Shown here: positions 55,288 through 64,000 of the stretch, one piece after another
Layout: the number at the start of each line of letters is the position of its first letter
Numbering within the stretch: position 1 is the first letter of the stretch
Assembly: GCA_944381085.1 (NCBI GenBank)
Contig: CALWJX010000004.1
Location: forward strand, 27,136 to 91,135
DNA: 64,000 nt
Source of the DNA: an uncultured Clostridia bacterium
Lineage (GTDB): Bacteria; Bacillota; Clostridia; Oscillospirales; CAG-272
Direction: 5' to 3'
Notes under the pieces: model-generated
Seen by the model: only the letters and a program-made list of their open reading frames with translations
Databases searched by the model: none
Told to the model about the DNA's origin: nothing
Made by a program: the position numbers and the translations under genes

Positions 55288-56109
55288 TTAACCTTCGGAA
55301 TTATTATCCGGGTCTTCTTCCGAGTCTTTCGAATCTTTCGAGTCTTCCTCTCCGTCCGGATTTTTGTCACCAAAGTTGCCGCCGCCTTTACCCGCATCGC
55401 CTGCCGTAAATTCTTTCCGCGGTCTGTTTTCGTTGTTTTCCTCTTTGACCGAATCGGCTTGCGGTTCAGACGGGTCGCTTTCGGACAGAGCGACATCTTT
55501 GCAACTCTTCTCGCAATCATCCTGTATCCTGTCTGTATCCTCATCGGGAATATCGTTCATTTGTACATCCCGCATATTGGCGCCACCGTCCTCTGCCCTT
55601 ATCGTCGATTCTATATCACTTTGCTTAATTCTCTTGTTTTCTTTGACAATATCGATAATCATCCAGAGTATTACAAGTCCCGCTCCGACGCAGACAAACG
55701 AATCGGCGACATTGAAATTCCATTTCCAGACATTCGGAAACGCATAGAAGTCTATAAAATCCACGACATATCCAAGTCTAATACGGTCTATCATATTTCC
55801 AACTCCACCGCCGACTATGAGCGTGAGAGCCGAGCAAAACAGCTTATTCTGCGGCTTTTTGACAAAAAAGTACACAAGAATCCCCACAATCGCAACAGCG
55901 GACAGCACCATAAAAACCCAGCGGGAATCCGAAAAAGAGCCGAACGCCGCCCCCTCGTTTCTGATATACGTAAATCTCAGAACTCCGGGAATTATATCCA
56001 CAGATTCATAAAGATCCATATATATTACAACAAGGTATTTTGTTATCTGATCAAGAAACACACACAGCAGCATAAAAATAATCCAAATATACATCAAAAA
56101 CTCCCTCAC
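55288..56109 (-). CDS. lspA: lipoprotein signal peptidase II with a C-terminal acidic, low-complexity extension of about 110 aa
   Basis: Core motifs IRNEGAAFG, GGGVGNMIDR, VVDFIDF and FNVADSFV fall within the first 160 aa or so. The remainder is D/E/S/K-rich. Confidence 0.85.
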   Translation of the reverse strand: MREFLMYIWIIFMLLCVFLDQITKYLVVIYMDLYESVDIIPGVLRFTYIRNEGAAFGSFSDSRWVFMVLSAVAIVGILVYFFVKKPQNKLFCSALTLIVGGGVGNMIDRIRLGYVVDFIDFYAFPNVWKWNFNVADSFVCVGAGLVILWMIIDIVKENKRIKQSDIESTIRAEDGGANMRDVQMNDIPDEDTDRIQDDCEKSCKDVALSESDPSEPQADSVKEENNENRPRKEFTAGDAGKGGGNFGDKNPDGEEDSKDSKDSEEDPDNNSEG

Positions 56110-56340
56110 GCGCTATAGTCATTTGTAACAGATCCAAAGTCAGACTTTCATTATTATCTGAAAAACGGTTTCTCTCAGATATTCTCACCGATCTTGCGGT
56201 CTTAAAGACCCAAAACAAAGTCAACAAAAAATCCGATCAAGAAACCGTTATATTTTAATATTAAAAATCACATAAATACGCTCAGCATATTTCGAGCTTT
56301 AAGCACATGAAAATTCCGATAATATCGCCGAACATTCAAG

Positions 56341-59160
56341 TCACATCAGAATTTTACGGCATCTCTCGCAGAGAAATCCGCCTTCGTCGTCACGGACTCC
56401 GTCCGACGAATATGACCAACAGCGGTCGCATTTACACCCGTCGGCGGGTTCAACCACCACGCCTATTCCCGAATCAGGCTCCGTATATGCGTTTTTCGCC
56501 GCCACTTCACTTAAAGCTTCGCTTAAAGCATCGCTTAACACGACCTTCGCGCCCGACGTGATATAAATTGTGGCAAGCTCGTCTTTATACTCCTCAAGCA
56601 GCTTATAAACATTGTCGTCATCGGTATACACGGTTACTTTCGCGTCAAGCGATTTACCTATCATTTTATCCGCTCTGGCTATCTCAAGCGCTTTCATCAC
56701 GCCGTCGCGCAGATCAAGCAGTTTTTCCCATTTTTCCCTGAGCTGCTGTGTGCGCGCGGAGAAATCACCGTCAAATTCGGGCATATCATTGAAAAATACG
56801 CTCTCAACATTTTCCTTTGAGGAATGAGGCATAGACTGCCAGATTTCCTCCGCGGTAAACGAAATAATCGGCGCCAGAAGGCGGGTAATTGCGGAAAGCG
56901 CAAGATAAATTGCCGTCTGTCCGCTTCTGCGTGCCTGAGAATCCGCTTTTTCCACGTAAAGTCTGTCTTTAGTAATATCTATATAAAGCTTTGAGAGCTC
57001 TATGGTACAGAATTTATTTATCGCGTGATATACCATGTGGAACTCATATGAGTCATATCCCTCGCGGCAGGTCTTTACAAGCTCATTTGTGCTTGCGAGT
57101 ATCCACTTGTCAATCTCGCACATATCTTCGTAAGAAACAGAGTCCTTATCGGGGTCAAAGTCCCCAAGGTTAGCCATTATAATACGCGCCGTGTTTCTGA
57201 TCTTACGGTATGCCTCCGAAAGCTGCTTGAATATATTGTCGGAGCAGCGAACATCAACATGATAGTCTGACGCGGCAGCCCACAGGCGCACCAAATCGGC
57301 GCCGTATTTTTTCACCATATCGTCAGGGCTTACCGAGTTGCCCAGAGATTTATGCATCGCCTTGCCCTCTCCGTCAACTACCCAGCCGTGTGTAAGCACG
57401 GTCTTGTAAGGCGCTCCGACCTTTCCGGTAGCTCCGACCATGGTAAGCAAGGACGACTGAAACCATCCTCTGTACTGATCTCCGCCTTCAAGATATATAT
57501 CCGAAACACCGTCTCCCAGGACTACAAAATGAGATGAACCCGAGTCAAACCAACCGTCAAGCGTGTTTTCTTCTTTTGTAAAGCGTTTTCCCTTTCCGCA
57601 GACAGGGCAAACAAATCCTTTCGGAAGTATATCGGACGCATCCGTATCAAACCAGGCGTTGGAGCCTTTACTTGCGAACAGTTCTGACACTGCCCCGATG
57701 GTATCGTCGTTGCAAATCGGCTTTTTACACTCGTCGCAGTAGAAGACCGGGATGGGCAGACCCCAATGACGCTGACGTGAAATACACCAATCCGCTCTCT
57801 CGCTTATCATCTGCTCCATCCGCTCTTCGCCCCATGCCGGAAGCCATTTTACATTCCTGCACGATTCAATGGCTTCTTTCTTGAACGCTTCGACCGAGCA
57901 GAACCACTGAGGTGTGGCACGGAAAATTATCGGAGATTTGCATCTCCAGCAATGAGGATATTCATGCTCAATTTCGGAGGACGCGAAAAGCGCTCCGCTC
58001 TCTTTCAGATCGGCAAGAATCGCATTGTTTGAATCCGCGTAGTACATTCCGGCAAATTTTCCCGCGTCTTCTGTCTGATATCCCCTGTCATCAACCGGAA
58101 CGATAATATCAATATTGTATTTACGGCACGTCATATAGTCGTCCGCGCCGAAGCCGGGCGCCGTGTGAACGCATCCGGTACCGCTGTCCATCGTGACATA
58201 ATCCGCGTTTACGACAACGCTCTCTCTGTCCAAAAACGGATGTTTCGCTTTCATATATTCAAATTCCGAGCCTTTCAGCCTGCCCGCAATATTATATGAA
58301 GCTATGCCTCCCGCACTCATGGTCTTTTCCGCCAAAGCCTCGGCGACTATATAATACTCTCCGTTGTCCGCCGAAATCACCGTGTAGTATTCATCGGGAT
58401 TGAGCGCGATCGCGAGATTTCCCGGCAGCGTCCACGTGGTGGTCGTCCAGATTATAAAATGCGTCTTTTCAAGGTCGCACATTCCCGCAAGCTTGCCGTT
58501 GTCCGAAATCACCCTGAACTTAACATATATGGAAGTACACTTGTCGGTCTGATACTCTATCTCGGCCTCCGCAAGCGCGGTCTCATCCTTCGGACACCAA
58601 TAAACCGGCTTAAGACCTTTATAAATATATCCTTTTTTAAACATTTCCCCGAAGACTTTAACCTCTGTCGCCTCAAAAGCGGGATCCATAGTGAGATAAG
58701 GGTGATCCCAATCGGCAATGACTTCAAGCCGCTTGAACTGCTCCATCTGTATGTTTACAAAATTCCGCGCGAAATCATGACAGGCCGACCTGAACTCGGA
58801 GACAGACATCTTTTTTCTGTCAATTTTGTTTTTCTTGATTATAGCGGACTCAATAGGCATACCGTGGTTATCCCAACCCGGAATGTAATCTATTTTATAG
58901 CCCGACATGGCTTTTGATTTATTTATAAAATCCTTAAGTATCTTATTGAGCGCCGTCCCCATATGAATATTTCCGTTTGAAAAAGGAGGACCGTCGTGGA
59001 ATACGAAGCGGGGCTTGTCCTCCCTGACTTTTATCATGCTGTGATAAAGGTCAATTTTTTTCCACTTCTCTATCATTTCCGGCTCTCTGGAGGGAAGGCT
59101 CGCTTTCATTGAAAAATCGGTTTTAGGCAAATTAAGCGTACTTGTGTAGTCTTTTGGCAT
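56341..59160 (-). CDS. ileS: isoleucine--tRNA ligase
   Basis: PFSNGNIHMGTALNKILKD (HIGH-type), KMHKSLGN (KMSKS-type), and C-terminal CxxC...CxxC zinc-binding motifs. It is 939 aa. Confidence 0.97.
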   Translation of the reverse strand: MPKDYTSTLNLPKTDFSMKASLPSREPEMIEKWKKIDLYHSMIKVREDKPRFVFHDGPPFSNGNIHMGTALNKILKDFINKSKAMSGYKIDYIPGWDNHGMPIESAIIKKNKIDRKKMSVSEFRSACHDFARNFVNIQMEQFKRLEVIADWDHPYLTMDPAFEATEVKVFGEMFKKGYIYKGLKPVYWCPKDETALAEAEIEYQTDKCTSIYVKFRVISDNGKLAGMCDLEKTHFIIWTTTTWTLPGNLAIALNPDEYYTVISADNGEYYIVAEALAEKTMSAGGIASYNIAGRLKGSEFEYMKAKHPFLDRESVVVNADYVTMDSGTGCVHTAPGFGADDYMTCRKYNIDIIVPVDDRGYQTEDAGKFAGMYYADSNNAILADLKESGALFASSEIEHEYPHCWRCKSPIIFRATPQWFCSVEAFKKEAIESCRNVKWLPAWGEERMEQMISERADWCISRQRHWGLPIPVFYCDECKKPICNDDTIGAVSELFASKGSNAWFDTDASDILPKGFVCPVCGKGKRFTKEENTLDGWFDSGSSHFVVLGDGVSDIYLEGGDQYRGWFQSSLLTMVGATGKVGAPYKTVLTHGWVVDGEGKAMHKSLGNSVSPDDMVKKYGADLVRLWAAASDYHVDVRCSDNIFKQLSEAYRKIRNTARIIMANLGDFDPDKDSVSYEDMCEIDKWILASTNELVKTCREGYDSYEFHMVYHAINKFCTIELSKLYIDITKDRLYVEKADSQARRSGQTAIYLALSAITRLLAPIISFTAEEIWQSMPHSSKENVESVFFNDMPEFDGDFSARTQQLREKWEKLLDLRDGVMKALEIARADKMIGKSLDAKVTVYTDDDNVYKLLEEYKDELATIYITSGAKVVLSDALSEALSEVAAKNAYTEPDSGIGVVVEPADGCKCDRCWSYSSDGVRDDEGGFLCERCRKILM

Positions 59161-59230
59161 AATAGTTTCAAACTCCTTAATTCCCGACCTTTATACACAC
59201 ATGTTCGGTCGGACAGTATTAATAAAAAAT

Positions 59231-60040
59231 TCAAATATATTTATCCGCGTAAATTCTGATTCTGCCCCTTCTGGTCTCATTTCCTGTCTCACGCACCGCG
59301 TATTTGCCGAAGCCGCGCACGGAAACGACGCATGGAGCCTCTATTTCTCTGCCGCACTTATTTTCCGTCACATAATTAAGCTCACACAGACCTTTCTTCA
59401 CGGCATCCTGAGCCTTTTCCCTCGAAAGCCCGCAAAGCTCGGCAACTATGCAGTCAAGCCTCAGCGAGGCAACGGTTCCGCTGACTTTCTGAAATCTTTT
59501 GCCGCAGTCAAAGTTTCCGTCAAGCGCATACCGCTCCGCCTCAACCTTATCCGCCCCGATTTTTTCAAGGCTTTCCATAATCAGTCTCCCGACGTATACC
59601 GTACAGAATACAACCGCGGAAAACCTGTTCTGCACCGCGATATCTCCCACACTGTCCCTCTCTATTCCAAGCGACAGCAACGACCCGAGGTAATCCCTGT
59701 GAGTAAGCTCTCTGAATCCGCTTCCGTTGATACGAAGTGAAATAACGCAGTTTTCGTATTCCTCCGCAAAAACCGTTTTGAATATCTCCGTAGCGGGCAT
59801 ACCGTAATCCGATACATATGACGGCAGAAGCACAAGCCGCTTTCTCTCCGCTTCATCATATCCTCCCCAAAACAGGCTTCTGTTGTCAATACCCCTGTAC
59901 AACAGTAATTCTCCGGCAAAATACTGTTCTGCCGGAGTCAGAAAATTGCTAATTGCAATCTCTCCCTTTTCCGAAGCGGATATAAAGTCGTTTAGCCTCG
60001 CCTCAAGTCTGCTTCTGTTATCGTTTATTTCATATTCCAT
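59231..60040 (-). CDS. YlmH-like S4-domain RNA-binding protein
   Basis: FLTPAEQ N-terminal motif and a C-terminal S4-like region. Its position after sepF-ylmG matches the conserved ylm cluster. Confidence 0.7.
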   Translation of the reverse strand: MEYEINDNRSRLEARLNDFISASEKGEIAISNFLTPAEQYFAGELLLYRGIDNRSLFWGGYDEAERKRLVLLPSYVSDYGMPATEIFKTVFAEEYENCVISLRINGSGFRELTHRDYLGSLLSLGIERDSVGDIAVQNRFSAVVFCTVYVGRLIMESLEKIGADKVEAERYALDGNFDCGKRFQKVSGTVASLRLDCIVAELCGLSREKAQDAVKKGLCELNYVTENKCGREIEAPCVVSVRGFGKYAVRETGNETRRGRIRIYADKYI

Positions 60041-60043
60041 ATA

Positions 60044-60322
60044 TCAAACCATTTGTCCGAGGATCATCTCAAATATCAGAATAATAAGCCAGGTAAAAGT
60101 AAACGACATGTCAATAGGCGTTTCCTGAAACCAGTTCTTCTTGTAGAAAAGCGTTCGCAAAGGAATGATGGCAGGTTCGGTCACCGCATAAACCAGCCTG
60201 ACAAATTTGCTGTTTTCTCCGACGTCAAACCAATTCAGCAAAACACGCAACACCATAGCCACAGAAACCACTCGCAGAAAAAGTATCGCAAAACTTACTA
60301 TAACATAAATAGTTTCGGGCAA
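60044..60322 (-). CDS. YggT/YlmG family membrane protein
   Basis: A 92-aa protein with two TM helices and the pattern RVLLNWF...VTEPAIIPLR. Confidence 0.8.
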   Translation of the reverse strand: MPETIYVIVSFAILFLRVVSVAMVLRVLLNWFDVGENSKFVRLVYAVTEPAIIPLRTLFYKKNWFQETPIDMSFTFTWLIILIFEMILGQMV

Positions 60323-60353
60323 AATCCAACCTCCAGCATTTTTCTAAACCGTA

Positions 60354-60986
60354 TCAGTCAAAATCCTCGTCGTCCTCATCGTCCCCGTCGTTATCAGCGT
60401 CGTCTTTGTAATCATTATCATAGTCGTCGTCTTCGTAATCGCCGTACGGTTCTTCTTCTATCTCGTCTATGTCGATATTCGGGTCTGTCCCCTCGGGAAG
60501 AAGCACTACTGTTTTACCTCTGATTTTGCGTATGTCCCCTTCAAGCGCCTGAACCGCTCCCATAATATAATCAAACATACGCAGGAAATTTTCCTTATCG
60601 AGTTCTTCCGCGTTTATCACGACAACCCTTCCGTTCATAAAAGCGTCAACTATATCGGGGCTGTCGGTATAACTCTCCGGGGTATAAGTCACCTTATACA
60701 GATATTCCTCCGCCGGCTCGTCCTGCTCCGGCTCGGGCTTCGGCGGTTCTTTTTTATCGGCTACGGAGATTTCGGTTTTTTCCGGAGTGACAATATGAAC
60801 ATCGGAGACCCCTGCGGTATCGTAACCCGTCATATAAAGATCGTCCGACGTAACTTCGCCGTTTTTGCCGTCATCCGCGGTGTTGTCCGAATCGCCGTAG
60901 TATATGCTGTCATAATCGGCGTCAAAATCTTCCGCCGGTTCGTTGTCGTCTGTCCCAAACAGCCAAAACTTTTTCATTTTACTCAT
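60354..60986 (-). CDS. sepF: cell division protein SepF (with acidic N-terminal linker and C-terminal tail)
   Basis: Core DIVDAFMNGRVVVINAEELDKENFLRMFDYIMGAVQALEGDIRKI. An amphipathic N-terminus MSKMKKFWLFG. Confidence 0.85.
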   Translation of the reverse strand: MSKMKKFWLFGTDDNEPAEDFDADYDSIYYGDSDNTADDGKNGEVTSDDLYMTGYDTAGVSDVHIVTPEKTEISVADKKEPPKPEPEQDEPAEEYLYKVTYTPESYTDSPDIVDAFMNGRVVVINAEELDKENFLRMFDYIMGAVQALEGDIRKIRGKTVVLLPEGTDPNIDIDEIEEEPYGDYEDDDYDNDYKDDADNDGDDEDDEDFD

Positions 60987-61069
60987 ATTAAACCTCCGTA
61001 ATAATTTTATTGTAGCCTGTTTTTAATATATTTATTTAACCAATAAAATTTTGCATATCAAAATAAGAT

Positions 61070-61771
61070 CTAATGCTTCGGCATAAAAATATCGCTGCCT
61101 ATACGCACCAAAGTAGACCCGCACTCAATAGCCTCTGTGAAGCTTGCCGACATTCCCATCGAAAAAACAGGTTCCCCGCTTTTTTTTAAAATATCACGCC
61201 ATATTTTGCCGCACATCTCATAAGTCTTTGAAAAATACGCCTTGTATTCCTCAGAGCTGCACCCCTGGGGCGCCATTGTCATAAATCCCCGAAGATTTAT
61301 ATTGCCGTATTTCGCAAGCCCCGCGCAAAAGCCTTCCGCTTCACGCGGCATAACTCCGCCCTTGTTTTCCTCTTCGCCGGAATTTATTTCGGTAAGCACA
61401 TCCATGACTATACCGTGTTTTTTCGCCTGGCGGTCTATCTCACTCGCAAGCTTATCCGAGTCAAGCGAATGTATAAGACAAACCTTATCAATTATATATT
61501 TGACCTTATTTGTCTGCAAAGAGCCTATAAAATGCACCCTCAGGTCCGTGCGGTCAATTTTATCCCAATGATCAAGCAGCTGCTGCACCCTGTTTTCGCC
61601 GATATCGCAAATTCCAAGCTTCTCATGTATATAATCTATCTCTTCCGGAGAAGCGCTTTTGACCGCCGCCATCAGCAGAACTGATTCGGGGTCTCTGTTT
61701 ACGGAAGCGGCAGCTTCTCTTATTTTCTCTCTGATACTTTTAACATTTCTGTCAAGATATGAAAAATCCAA
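61070..61771 (-). CDS. YggS/YlmE family pyridoxal-phosphate homeostasis protein
   Basis: AAVKSASPEEI (PLP-binding Lys), HFIGSLQTNKVKYI, SMGMSASF. Confidence 0.9.
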   Translation of the reverse strand: MDFSYLDRNVKSIREKIREAAASVNRDPESVLLMAAVKSASPEEIDYIHEKLGICDIGENRVQQLLDHWDKIDRTDLRVHFIGSLQTNKVKYIIDKVCLIHSLDSDKLASEIDRQAKKHGIVMDVLTEINSGEEENKGGVMPREAEGFCAGLAKYGNINLRGFMTMAPQGCSSEEYKAYFSKTYEMCGKIWRDILKKSGEPVFSMGMSASFTEAIECGSTLVRIGSDIFMPKH

Positions 61772-61812
61772 TCACACGCACACCTTTCTTGTCCGCCTCA
61801 AAAATCGGCAAT

Positions 61813-63096
61813 TTACTTCAATATTTTTCCGTCGTACAAATTTCTGCCGGAGGTTATGATAAGGTCATTCAGATTCAGATACGGAATTTCGCTCGGATTT
61901 TCCTCGTTTGAATCATCGTCATAAGTATTCACTATATAATAGCCGTTTCCCTGTCCGATGACCGTAACCCGTCTGAACTCGACAATATTCCCGCTGAGTA
62001 TGTAAACCCCTCTTTCGGAACCGAGCATAACGATTGCCTCCGTGGGAACACGGTATCCCGTACATGAATTTGTCTTGACCCTTATATTGACCGTTCTGGT
62101 AAATTCAAAATCCGAAAGTATTTTATTGCTCGAAAAAACAATAAATCCTCCCTCCGAAGAATCTTCCGAAAAGCATATTCTCTCAACCGTCATTGATATG
62201 GTTTTATCCCCGCTGTCCGGGAAAATCACGTCATACGCCTGTTCCTCTACGAAACTCAGACAAGTATTTACATCAGTCAGAACCACGGCATACCATTTGG
62301 GGCTGTACACCTTTTTCCCAATAACTCCATGCCCCTCCGAAGGAACGGCGGAAGCCACCGTCTGAGAAAAATCGGAAAAAGTCATGTTAATGACCGAATC
62401 GTAATCAAATATCTGTTCATATCCGTCAGTCTCGCGGTAAATATAACAGCTCTCTTCCGAAACCAGCGTCCCGCTCTGGCCGCCTCCCGATGAAGAAATC
62501 AAAGCTTGCTTTTCTTCTTTCAGAGATGAAATAATGTTGTTTGCCCGGTCAAGCCTACCCGTAATAATCAGATAATCGTTTATTCCCCCGAGCATATGGT
62601 CACCCTGCAAACCGGCGTTTGAATAATTGTTATCGGCTACCGAATTGATAAATGCGTAATAAGCCTCTTCGGTACTTTTCGTGACCTGCTTTAAATCCGC
62701 TACCCTGTAGCTTTCGTTTACGCTTTCCTCAAGCATTTCTATTCTTTTGGTAAGACTGTTGATTTTATCCTGCAGGTCCTTTACGGAATCCTTTTGCATG
62801 TCTGAAACGGCATAAATGTCCGCGTAAGTCATTCCCACGCCGACTCTTTCTCCGTCGGAAACCGTAAAATCCGCCACACAGTTGTCATCGGCTTCAATCA
62901 CCTGCTCATCGCGGTAAATGTAGCCCTTAAGATCCGCGTAACTTACATCCGTTATATTTTGCGTCCTCAGTGTGGACACGCTTACCGAAAAATTTCTTGA
63001 TAGCTGAATTACCGTATATATTAAAAAGCTGAATATCAGTACGCATACAACCGTGTTGACTATTACCGTTCTTCTGTTTTTCCGGTTTTTTACCAT
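61813..63096 (-). CDS. membrane-anchored coiled-coil protein, possibly an HlyD-like adaptor
   Basis: The likely start is ATG 63096 (MVKNRKNRR). It has one TM helix and a coiled-coil segment (DLQDKINSLTKRIEMLEESVNE). The family call is from memory and weak. Confidence 0.4.
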   Translation of the reverse strand: MVKNRKNRRTVIVNTVVCVLIFSFLIYTVIQLSRNFSVSVSTLRTQNITDVSYADLKGYIYRDEQVIEADDNCVADFTVSDGERVGVGMTYADIYAVSDMQKDSVKDLQDKINSLTKRIEMLEESVNESYRVADLKQVTKSTEEAYYAFINSVADNNYSNAGLQGDHMLGGINDYLIITGRLDRANNIISSLKEEKQALISSSGGGQSGTLVSEESCYIYRETDGYEQIFDYDSVINMTFSDFSQTVASAVPSEGHGVIGKKVYSPKWYAVVLTDVNTCLSFVEEQAYDVIFPDSGDKTISMTVERICFSEDSSEGGFIVFSSNKILSDFEFTRTVNIRVKTNSCTGYRVPTEAIVMLGSERGVYILSGNIVEFRRVTVIGQGNGYYIVNTYDDDSNEENPSEIPYLNLNDLIITSGRNLYDGKILK

Positions 63097-63254
63097 TTCA
63101 AACTCCAATATTTCAATTCGGTTATATAAAAAAGCTTCTATAAGGAGCAAAGCCCCGTCATTCAGTTTTTTCAGCGGAGCCGCAATCTCCCGCTGAAAAA
63201 TTTAAGCGGCGCCCAAGACATATATTCCGATTATGTCAAAGCATACAAAACACT

Positions 63255-63339
63255 TTTGAACAAGTGAAGTGCCGCAGTTTCCGTTTTATCGCGTCACTTG
63301 CTCCTCAACTTTTGCCGTGCCGTTTTACGGCAGTTTTTT
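63255..63339 (+). ncRNA. candidate small RNA defined by an orphan plus-strand intrinsic terminator
   Basis: Hairpin CAAGTGA (63260-63266) with TCACTTG (63293-63299). A single-stranded CTCCTC follows at 63300-63305. Then TGCCGT (63312-63317) pairs with ACGGCA (63326-63331), followed by T7 (63333-63339). There is no plus-strand CDS upstream. I found no convincing promoter. Confidence 0.3.
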
Positions 63340-63340
63340 T

Positions 63341-63469
63341 CCTCGTAAGACCGCGCTATACAACCGACAAACCGGTATTTATTAATTTAATTACAGCTTA
63401 TTTCAGATTGTTTGCGGCAGAATTATTGACCTGAAAAGCCGCGGTATACCGCAGACAAACCGGCATTTA
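63341..63469. repeat. two imperfect direct repeats of about 40 bp
   Basis: CTCGTAAGACCGCGCTATACAACCGACAAACCGGTATTTAT (63341-63381) versus CTGAAAAGCCGCGGTATACCGCAGACAAACCGGCATTTAT (63430-63469). About three quarters of the positions are identical by eye. Confidence 0.7.
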
Positions 63470-63509
63470 TCCGAGTACAGTACGCTGTATACATTATATC
63501 ACAAAAGCT

Positions 63510-64000
63510 TCAACAGTAAAAGAGTTTTTCCGAAATGTTTACAATATCTTCAAACATTTTCTCTCCGTTTGCGTCATCCATTTCGACTTTTTGCGCGTAC
63601 TCTTTTGATGAAAACCAGGTAAGCTGCCTTTTCGCATATCTTCTGGTAGCGGTCTTAAGCTTTTCAATACAATTTTCAAGGGTATCCTCTCCCAGAACAT
63701 ACGGCAAAAGTTCTTTATAGCCGATTGCCTGAGACGCGGTGGAAGATTTGACGAAAACCCCGTCTCTGTAAAGCCTTTCGGTCTCGTCCGCGAGTCCGTC
63801 CGCCATCATTTTATCAACCCTCCGGTCAATTCTGGAATACAGAAGACTTCTGTCGTTAAAATAAGGGAAAATCACGACGCTTTCATACTTGTCGGTCATA
63901 CGGGAATTTCTTTTGTCAATGTCGCTTTTCTTTTCCCCGGTAGCCTCTATAATCTCCAACGCGCGCGCCACTCGTTTTATATTGTTAGGATGCACCGACG
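63510..64000 (-). CDS. miaA: tRNA dimethylallyltransferase, C-terminal part; the gene continues past the right window edge
   Basis: HPNNIKRVARALEI, QAIGYKE and TRRYAKRQLTWF are typical of MiaA. The frame is open to the window end. Confidence 0.85.
   Translation of the reverse strand, partial: SVHPNNIKRVARALEIIEATGEKKSDIDKRNSRMTDKYESVVIFPYFNDRSLLYSRIDRRVDKMMADGLADETERLYRDGVFVKSSTASQAIGYKELLPYVLGEDTLENCIEKLKTATRRYAKRQLTWFSSKEYAQKVEMDDANGEKMFEDIVNISEKLFYC

Noticed and set aside
63165-63199. Long hairpin TTTTTTCAGCGG...CCGCTGAAAAA as a bidirectional terminator
   Set aside because: The T-run lies 5' and the A-run 3' of the stem on both strands, the reverse of what a terminator needs. The flanks only lengthen the stem.

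Overview
This looks like a 64-kb chromosomal segment from a low-GC Gram-positive, probably endospore-forming Clostridia-type bacterium. That placement is inferred from spoIIP, the ylmE-sepF-ylmG-ylmH-ileS-lspA-rluD arrangement, a T-box leader and many near-consensus TTGACA-17-TATAAT promoters. Most of the window is housekeeping and rich in translation genes: rtcB, an RlmD/RumA-type rRNA methyltransferase, trmK, Nif3, prfB, gltX, glnS, pheST, cysS, ileS, rluD and miaA. It also holds a TrpXYZ-like ABC transporter, an orphan family-5 solute-binding lipoprotein, spoIIP and a thiol-redox cluster (CoADR-rhodanese, Crp/Fnr, thioredoxin, FTR-like protein). The accessory or unusual parts are listed here in my order of interest.
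1. An AT-rich islet at about 48.9-51.55 kb carries a 5'-truncated PT-HINT polymorphic-toxin C-terminal cassette and three unassignable downstream genes that may be immunity genes.
2. An HTH-S24 (CI/LexA-like) repressor sits in an operon with an ABC-type ATPase. It faces a small membrane protein across back-to-back promoters carrying TGACA/TGTCA half-sites.
3. A 15-16-bp tandem direct-repeat array lies upstream of a nucleoside hydrolase gene.
4. A roughly 315-nt leader with a recurring CAAGUCC motif precedes the orphan binding-protein gene.
5. A Crp/Fnr regulator is interrupted by a single in-frame TAG.
6. An orphan plus-strand terminator downstream of miaA may mark a small RNA.
7. A decayed zone with an APH-like gene fragment lies next to rtcB.
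No rRNA, tRNA, CRISPR array, transposase or integrase was recognised. All family assignments rest on motif recognition by eye; no database search was run.
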